From Catajapyx aquilonaris (Eukaryota): a stretch of 64,000 bases of DNA. The position numbers and the translations under genes were made by a program. The notes under the pieces are model-generated. The model worked only from the letters and a program-made list of their open reading frames with translations. It ran no database searches and had not been told where the DNA came from. Below are positions 55,901-64,000 of this stretch, one piece after another (within the stretch, counting starts at the first letter, position 1; every line of letters begins with the position of its first letter). The DNA lies in the NCBI GenBank assembly GCA_000934665.2, contig KZ538203.1, forward strand, positions 1-64,000, given 5' to 3'.

Positions 55901-58900
55901 GACAAGTCATGTGAATAACTCGGTATTTTCGAGCATTATTGACTGCAATTTTGCAGACGACGTTATCTTCTCTGGTATTGGCAACGGCGCATCTCCAGAG
56001 GAACCGGTTTGAACAGGAATTTTTGTGTTCACGCTGGTTCGAACCGGTTATAAACAACGACGTTGCCATACTGGAGTGACTTTAATTCAACTGTTTGCTA
56101 TCGGAAGTGTGGTAAATGCAGCCTACATTTCAATTTGGTCGTCGACTACTCATCGTTATGATTGATAACCCACGTCAGATGGATCTCAAAAGGGCAAGAA
56201 GGTTTCCGTCTCGACACTAAATCAGCTTAGGCATCCTCCCCTACCCCCAGACCACTCCTTTCCGAACCTTAACCCTGCAAAAAAAATCGAGGTTGAAGAG
56301 GATGTCCGAGGAACTAGAGTTTCACTAGGAAAACTTGAAACGGCCAATTTATAGTAAAGGAGATAGAGGCTTACACGGTACCAAGTGCGTTACCTTTTGA
56401 CTGGAGGTGTATTAACCCAGTCTTCCCCAGCCACCCGTCCACAATGAATATAATATGAGAGGAGACACTGTAGAGGAGGTTGGTGTTTGCAATAACCTGC
56501 CGTCCTGAGGTGTGCCCAATTAAATACGTAATAGGGCATGTATTATTTGGTTTATGGTTGCAGGGGAACTAGACACTAAAATATTCTATTATTTACAGGT
56601 GGAAGAGATACGGGAGATGATAGACAAAATACAGGCCAATGTGGAGGAAGTGAAGAAGAAACACAGCGCCATTCTGTCGGCCCCACAAACGGACGAGAGT
56701 AAGTATTGCTTTATTTGTACTATCTGTAAGGTGCATCTGTAGGTCAGGTACATTTTATCGTGGATTGTTAATGAGCTATCCAGTCGTTTGGACGTTGAGG
56801 GTCCGTTGTAGCAATACAAATTAAGGGAATGTCTTCGATTATGTGTAGGCATATTCATAATGCATAATGTGACATTTTTCTTGGATTTGTGTTGATATGA
56901 CTTGAGTACCGAGTGACTTAGCGTAAACAGATAACGTATGGATGCCAAGGTCTTACAGTATTTAACATCCCTTGCGAACAAATGCCGGCGAGATTAATAT
57001 TTTGGGAGTGTTACAAGGGCTTGGCAACAGACGTTACAGATGCTCCAGAGTTTGGTGATTAAGCGATGATGTTGTCAGATTTCCTCGGATTTGAATAATC
57101 GTCAGAGTTTGAATGATTTAATATTGTCGTGTGACATCCGTGATTATGTAATCATTAGAATACGAAATATCGCTTTACCAACGTAATGAAAATTTTCATA
57201 TCCATATCTTTGGAAGTAACAATCTGGGCCAATGTCACATCACATGTTACTTCTCTTTTAAATGGATTGTGGTCATAAATAATTCTTTACTTCTGCATTA
57301 CTCTCAACTGAGGACCAGACCCGGCACGCGTTGTAATGAATGACATAGAGAAGTTATAACTTATCCACTATTTTTGAACCCTGTACTTAAAATCCTTGGA
57401 GCATTAAAAAAAGCTGTAATTGCGGGAACCTTGACCAGGTCTGCGAATTTCACACGTGCCAGTTGTGTTGGTTAACTAACTGAAAAGCTTAATCCATGCA
57501 CAAATACTTAATTCATGTACTGCCGTAAATATCCCGCTCACATTGTGCTCGTCAAGATTCGTTATGGGCATTCCCTGCAATATTGACGCGGCGCTTTACA
57601 TTCTGATCACTGACGTACAACCGCCATTAGATCGATGTAAATCAGCAAAGTGTCCGACGTGAAACTATGCGCCTTGACGAAGCATTTCCCCCCCCCCTTG
57701 CTAAAATGAACGACAGGAAATGTGCGAACTCAAGTTCCTTATACAGTACGTGCAAGTATCTCAGCAAGGTCTCAACGATAACATGCGAATCACGAAAATA
57801 GAACCTGCATGTTTAATGACAAAAAGAGACTTATTTCTAGGCCCATTGTCGAGAAGCGACTTCACCGCCAGGGTTTTGTTGGGTGACTTGAACAACCCCG
57901 TGCTTAATCGAAAATCAATTTAAAACGGAGGAAAACGGATGTAAATAAGATTTAAAGAGGAAGTTGCGGAGGTTCACTCACGTACCTGATACCGTGGAGT
58001 TGGAGGGGGGAAAAAAACAGTAACTCTGAGCATTTCACAAGGTCTTGGCACACGTCTGGTTTTCAGCATTTTGCAGATTTACATGTCACCACCAGGTCAT
58101 GGTACCGGTCACTTCATTATGGTGCATTTCGTGCCGAGCAACCTGAATGGCGGGGGGATCCAAATTGCGGAAGCGCCTAGAATTCTAATGGTAAAGTAAT
58201 AAAATATGCAAGTGAAGCGATGAAAAATAATAATTCTGACGCTTATTCAGGCGCGGTTCCGTTTTTTTTTTTTTTTTTGATAAGTTTTTCGCTTTTGTCC
58301 AACATTTAAAGAGGAAGGACTTTTTGAACGCCTGTTAGAACGAGCGGTGAATTTCGAAGCGCGTCTTTTTTCCGCCGTTTTTCCAACAGCCGTTTCCCTT
58401 CTGCGGCTTGAATTTTTGAAGAAATCTTTCCTTGTTGCATATTTTAGCGGCCACGCCCAGCAAACTGGAGTAGTTTTTTGCCCACCCTTGGCTGGGTGTG
58501 TGAAGGTTGAGAAAGGCAACGGTGTGCTATTGGCATGTTGTGTTGATTGAATATTTGTAAACAGTACAGGCATCACTTTTCACAGGCACTGGATAGGAGC
58601 AATTCCTATGCAAATTTTGAGGTCCCTCCGATGTCGACTGGGTTTGATATGCTGGGTTCATGGCGGACGTGCAACAACTTATTCAATCTGCACCACACAA
58701 GAAGGTGCAAGTTTTCTCGTTACGATTATCCCAACAATTTGGTGGGCCTTGTACGGTGGAGATGGAAGAACGAGCATCCACTCAATTTCCGATAGGCTAA
58801 AATCCCCTATACGTTCACGTCGTGTAGCCGACGAGAATAAAAATCGTGGCAGCTTTAGAAAAAAAAGGGGGGGGGGGAGAGAGAGAGAGAGAAGCGACAT

Positions 58901-61900
58901 TGTGACATGTAATATATATAGGGGCGGGTATGGGAGCATACACTGTAGTGTGCCAAGTAATCTTCTGGGCAGGAAGTTTGGCATTAATAAAAAATGTGGA
59001 GCCATTCAGAGGACGAGTCATATCGCGAAATGGAAATGGAAACTGTTGGGCAATGACATTTTCAGGCCTGCTATATGCAGTGGTCCCGACTTGTTGACCG
59101 CCGAGCTGTTCATTCGAACAATGCTCGTAAAGCAGTAACTTAATTAGCAGACTAGAAGCCGCACGTACTGTGAAGCTGCAATTAGTTTCACATGACATAA
59201 TTCGGCTCTTGCTGCCAAGTGACCAGCAACTGGCATGAAGAGGGCAGTGACATTTCCTGACCATAATTTCATATGTGGATGACCCCCCCCCCCCCCCTGG
59301 ACACACAGGTGTCATTCAGACAGGTGTCGGGGGCATACTCAGCCACAATGTAACTACAGGGTGTCTACACTGTCTTACATATTAGGTTCTTGGGAGGATA
59401 TGGGTCAGCCTTGAACTTGTGTCCGGTTCACACATAGCTGTTCCTTCAGTTATTGACGTAGGCGGACTTTCCTCCCCGCTCTCCCCGGCTCTGTGCTCTG
59501 CAGCGGGGAATGGAATCGCGCACGATGCGGATACCTGCGGATTCACAGGGTGGACCGAAACAAAATTTTCTACCCCCGGACTTTCCGTCTTTTGGCTCGT
59601 TGGGTAAAAATAATACATTGGAGCCGGCTCAATTTCATTATGTGGAGATTGCAGATACTGTAGGCCTACAAGGGGGAGCTTTGCTAATGTCATTAGGGAT
59701 GGGCGTTATGAACAAACCAGGACTCGTTAGCGCTGCTGTTTCAATTGATGCGTGGTTTTATATGTTGAGTGCCTCATTGTGATTACATGGCGTTTAATTA
59801 AATGTAGTACATTAGTGGCGGCGGTGATAAAAAGGCGCTTGATGGGTCGAGGGTTGTTTATCCTGGGCGGTATGCAGGCATATTGCGGGTGGTGCATGGT
59901 GTAGGGGCAAAATTGCCCCTACTACACCATGCCTGCGCTTGTGTCTGAACTTTATGCGGAGTTTTTAGTTGAAATTAAGCGTATCGATCGCAGTTATCGA
60001 ACAGCAGGGCGGCGTGCGGACCACTAAAAACGGGTGATATTGTGACAAGCGGCGCAATTTGTTACAGAGATTATTTCCTGCGCGAAAGGGTCGGACATTA
60101 CTTACTGGTCATCACCCGCTGTTTATTGAATTGACGGGGGGAAGAGCGGACTTAAGAAGCCATTTTAGGGTAATGTAATGAGGAGTAAGTGTCAGCCGAT
60201 ACCATTCGAGTCGGGGAATAAGGGCAATTCTCTGAATCGAGCGGCGGGGTTCTATTGGTACACAATAGAGTCGATCATCTGTGAATGCCTTCACCAGGTG
60301 GACATTGAATCTGGGTCGGCACGAATTGATTCCGGCAGTGTGACATGTAATTATTATTGATCAGACGTCCAATTTGATTGCGGGCCGATGCGATGGAAGG
60401 TAGTGATGGGCGCCTTTGGCTGGCGGCCTCTGGGTTGGGTGCTCCACATGCTCATAGGGTTGTATGTGGCGGATATATGACTGCTGAGGGTGGGTGCAGG
60501 AAGGGCTGACCTTTAATGGTGGGTAGGGTGGAATAAGGGTTGCCGTATTCGCCTGGCCCGTATTCTCGACTCTTGTGACAATCCTGCTCTCTGCCGACGA
60601 CGATCGATCCACCCAGTCCCTTACTCGCCCTGCCGCCACTGCCACCCACCCCGGGTCTATACACCTGCCCTCTAGGAAGCTATTACGCTGGCATTATTTT
60701 GTCTTTCAACCAACTGTAGCTCTCGGTATGTCACTGGGGCATTAGGCCGACTTGCACGCACTAACTATTGCGTATGACAGGGGTGCTGCGTTCATGGAGA
60801 GAATGACGAGCATTGGTGCAATGACCGGCTCATAGATGGCGGTGGTAGTAACTCTGCAAGTGGTTGCTGCCCCGTGATTGGCGAAAATATAATGCCATTT
60901 GATATTCTGGCGGAAATGGCGTATTATACGAAAAAAGTGCTGCCAAATATATTATGGTGAAGATTTCTTTCCCCTACCTTGTTAGCAAAAAAAAAAAGGG
61001 CGTTATGTCCGACTGGCAATTGGCATGTGTTTGAAAGGAACAGAAGCTCCGTCTAATGCATGGTAAGCAAGGGAGTAATGGCAGTGTCTCATGAAGAGGC
61101 GTGCAACAATTTGCATAATCATGCCCAACTGACTCTCCTTGCACCAGTTTATTGCTCGACTGCAGATGACGTAGTGGGTCGTTGTGGGAATTCCAACCAG
61201 TGCCGCTGTGTTTTGTATTGACTTGCTAGACTTGAGGGGGATGTCGGAGGTGCAAATTGGTTCCACTGCCTACGCCTCGATAATCGCGTATTCCACTTTG
61301 GTATGAAGTGTGGGCATCAGAAGAATCTCGTTGACTGCCTAAATAAAATGCCATGGGTTGGTGTGAAGTGGCACTGACATTAGGATTAAGTTATTTAGTG
61401 AGATTAGTTTAGGGAATGCATGTTTATTAAAACGTGATCAATGAGGATGTATTTCATAGTTATCCATTTTCGGAGGGGAAGTGGGTCCAAACTATGTATA
61501 ATAATCTCCTAATATCTCTCCTTCACCCTGTGTTGTTTGTTTTGGGTTTGCTGAATAAAGGGCTTAATTTCAAAATAGGCAGTTTAAAATCCAACCATTA
61601 GAATTTTGAAAGGATCCTTCCCAAGATAAATTTTGCCATGTGCCACCATATTTTTTTGTAGAAGGCATTCTTATATGACAAATTCTGGGATTCACAGCGA
61701 GGACGATCTCTGAGGGCGTTTTGTTTATGCCGTGGTGATATTGGCCTTGTTGTGAGGTAAACAATCGGCAGATTTTGAAAACACCACTTTTGAATTTTTT
61801 TTGCTGCATTAGTGCTGTATGAGAGACACTGTGCAACAAGATATTTGTCCATGGAAATTTATTGCTATTTCTGTGGTCCGTAGGTCATTCGTAACTCATA

Positions 61901-63997
61901 ATGGGCATTCATTTTGTCTTTGATTTGTTTTTGACCTCGGGGCAGTCAAAAAACCAAAATCCTCAAATATAAGCAGTTTTTCCTATCAATGGGCCTAAAT
62001 CCAATGGGCCTAAATCAATCAAATGGGCCTAAATGTTGCTAGACCATCTCGGATTTTTCCGAAAATAATCACAGCCTATCACACCTATGCCGTAACACTC
62101 CATATCAAGTTTCAGCCAAATTGCGAAATACCGTGGGGAGGGAAAAAATCGCGAAATCTTGAAAATTTGGCCTTTTTTGGATATTTTTTTTCGGTTATTG
62201 GAAGGGGTCAAAACACAATCAACATACACATCAAATGAAAGAGAAACGCGAGTATAATGAGCCTGTGGAATGTTTTTCTCGAAAAGGCACTCAGGAAAAT
62301 ATGTATGGCATTCCATTGGTCCCTGGACAAAAAAAGTCAAATATTTTTGCATAGTGTTATTAAATTAAATACTCGTACATCTTTCATTCTTCCATTTCCA
62401 TTGGAGTGTCGCAAATGGTTAAAACATTCCCATTTTGGGAGATACCCTATTTTCCTAAGTTGTTTTCAGCTGCTTTTAAAAATAATGACCAGGGTCAGGG
62501 AGCACTGAACTTAATGTCAGTAAAACAAATCTGCCTGGATTGCACTGGAATTAATAAATAATTAATGCTCAATGCAATCTACACAATTATTGTTGGTTAG
62601 GTTTTGTTCAACAATTAAGAGCAACTGCAATCTGGCCAGATTGATGTTGCTGAGTTCGGTGCTCCCCACCCTAAGTACTGGAAACAGCTTGTCACAGACA
62701 TCTGGGAATGGAATTAACAAGTGATGGATTATGTGTGGTGATATTACAACCCACTTTTGGCATGGGTTGGTATTTAATATGAGTAGGTCTTTCAGAATTG
62801 ATGATAATAGCTTCGTCTTTTCAACTTCATCCCAGTTACAATATCTTTTAGTATGGGAAATATCGAAGCAAAGTGTATGCACTACTATTCAAGGCAGCAT
62901 TAGATTCTCCTTCGGATTCTCCTTGCTTACCCCCTACCTCTTTGGTGTCCTTTTGGAGCAGCATAAGGATACATTGGCAAATATTTTATCAGTACAGGTC
63001 AACATTGCAGTGATGTAGGAGGGAATAAGAAATGAGTGTTAAAAAGAAATTGTTTGTTGATGTGTAGTGATACTTGATTACATGTGGACTGTTTGGTCAC
63101 TTGCATCTAACGTTGAGTCAGGGTTTTTCATTGTTTGTGCAACGTGACTGCAAATTTTGCAAAACTCATCCAGTATGCTTGGAAACTAGTGAGTAGTGAC
63201 ATGTGAGATATGCACCAGGAAATTGTGCAGTGATGATATTTAATTAGGCTACTGATGAAAATGTGCAGATTATGATTTGTGACATTATTGCATTGCAGAA
63301 ATGAAGCAAGAGCTGGAAGATCTCATGGCCGATATTAAGAAAACTGCCAACAAAGTCCGTGCCAAGTTAAAGGGTAAGTGCAGAACTTGAATTTTAGGAA
63401 GGAACAGTCATAACATCAATAGGTCTCTATCTGACATGTGCTCTCAACAGTTATTGAGCAGAACATAGAGCAGGAAGAACACACCAACAAATCGTCAGCT
63501 GACTTGAGGATACGAAAGACCCAGCATTCGACATTGTCCCGGAAGTTTGTGGAGGTGATGACAGAGTACAATCGAACACAAACAGACTACAGAGAGAGGT
63601 GTAAGGGCAGAATTCAGCGGCAGTTGGAAATCAGTAAGTTTGGCCCATTATGCATGTAGATGGTCAGAGGATAGAAGATCAAATCTAACAAAAGTGGAAT
63701 GTTTTAGCTGGAAGAACAACCACGAATGAGGAGTTAGAAGAGATGTTAGAGCAAGGAAATCCAGCCGTTTTTACGCAAGGTGTAAGGAATCATTTTGGGA
63801 TTTTTATAAGAGAGCAGAAGTAGACCAGGAACTTGTAATGATGTAGCACTTACCTGCAGATCATAATGGACACGCAACAAGCAAGGCAAACACTAGCTGA
63901 CATTGAAGCAAGGCATGCTGACATCCTGAAGCTTGAAACGTCGATTAGGGAGCTACATGATATGTTCATGGATATGGCCATGTTGGTAGAAAGTCAG
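34977..63997 (+). CDS. Syx1A: Syntaxin-1A (partial; continues beyond the window end)
   Basis: Exons 34977-35009 ([11 protein letters not shown]), 35104-35193 (AQSDDDD...FMDEFFSE), 56599-56698 ([12 protein letters not shown]...), 63299-63373, 63451-63633, 63708-63781 and 63860-63997 (...[19 protein letters not shown]). All are GT-AG with compatible phases. They encode the N-peptide, the Habc domain and the start of the Qa-SNARE motif. The transmembrane exon is outside the window. Confidence 0.97.
43885..43944. mobile_element. 60-bp TA-flanked palindrome (minimal Tc1/mariner-type MITE or miRNA-like hairpin)
   Basis: TA|CCAGGATTTGAATAGTCGGACTT-14 nt-AAGTCCGACTATTTAAATCCTGG|TA; the arms are 22/23 complementary. 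Confidence 0.65.
61515..62508. mobile_element. Possible decayed DNA-transposon derivative in Syx1A intron 3
   Basis: Weak inverted similarity of the ends (CTCCTTCACCCTG...AAAATAGG versus reverse complement CTCCCTGACCCTG...AAAATAGG) and an internal triple AATGGGCCTAAAT at about 61988-62034. Confidence 0.3.
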
Positions 63998-64000
63998 GTA

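Noticed and set aside
40746..60664. Numerous 60-176 aa ORFs inside Syx1A introns
   Set aside because: No recognisable domains, many non-ATG starts, and no consistent exon chain.
63848..63858. Perfect antisense donor consensus (CAG|GTAAGTG) overlapping the Syx1A exon 7 acceptor
   Set aside because: Explained as the pyrimidine-rich sense acceptor CTTACCTGCAG; no supporting antisense exon.

Overview
Eukaryotic, intron-containing animal genomic DNA. The Syntaxin-1A and mitochondrial EF-Tu sequences are of arthropod (pancrustacean-like) type. Five protein-coding genes can be reconstructed exon by exon: (1) a 4-exon flavin-containing monooxygenase on the minus strand (10374-14768, 420 aa); (2) a 6-exon mitochondrial elongation factor Tu on the plus strand (15049-19145, 478 aa), head-to-head with the FMO with 280 bp between the ATGs; (3,4) two tandem, intron-containing Ran GTPase paralogs on the minus strand (22404-25044 and 28819-32016, both 216 aa, 13 aa differences, 9 of them in residues 165-197), both using a GC-AG intron; (5) the 5' part of Syntaxin 1A on the plus strand (34977 to past the window end) with a 21.4-kb second intron. 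Intergenic and intronic DNA carries many small transposon derivatives: mariner, piggyBac, hAT/P-like and PIF/Harbinger MITEs with TIRs and TSDs, and three tRNA-derived SINEs with 13-bp TSDs. The first 10 kb contains only decayed transposon-like fragments. The most interesting signals are the Ran duplication (conserved GC donor, conserved non-coding blocks, differential miRNA sites), two SINE families sharing a 3' tail, a mariner foldback element and a 60-bp MITE/pre-miRNA-like hairpin in the Syx1A intron. No CRISPR array, rRNA or bona fide tRNA gene was seen. All calls were made by eye without database searches.
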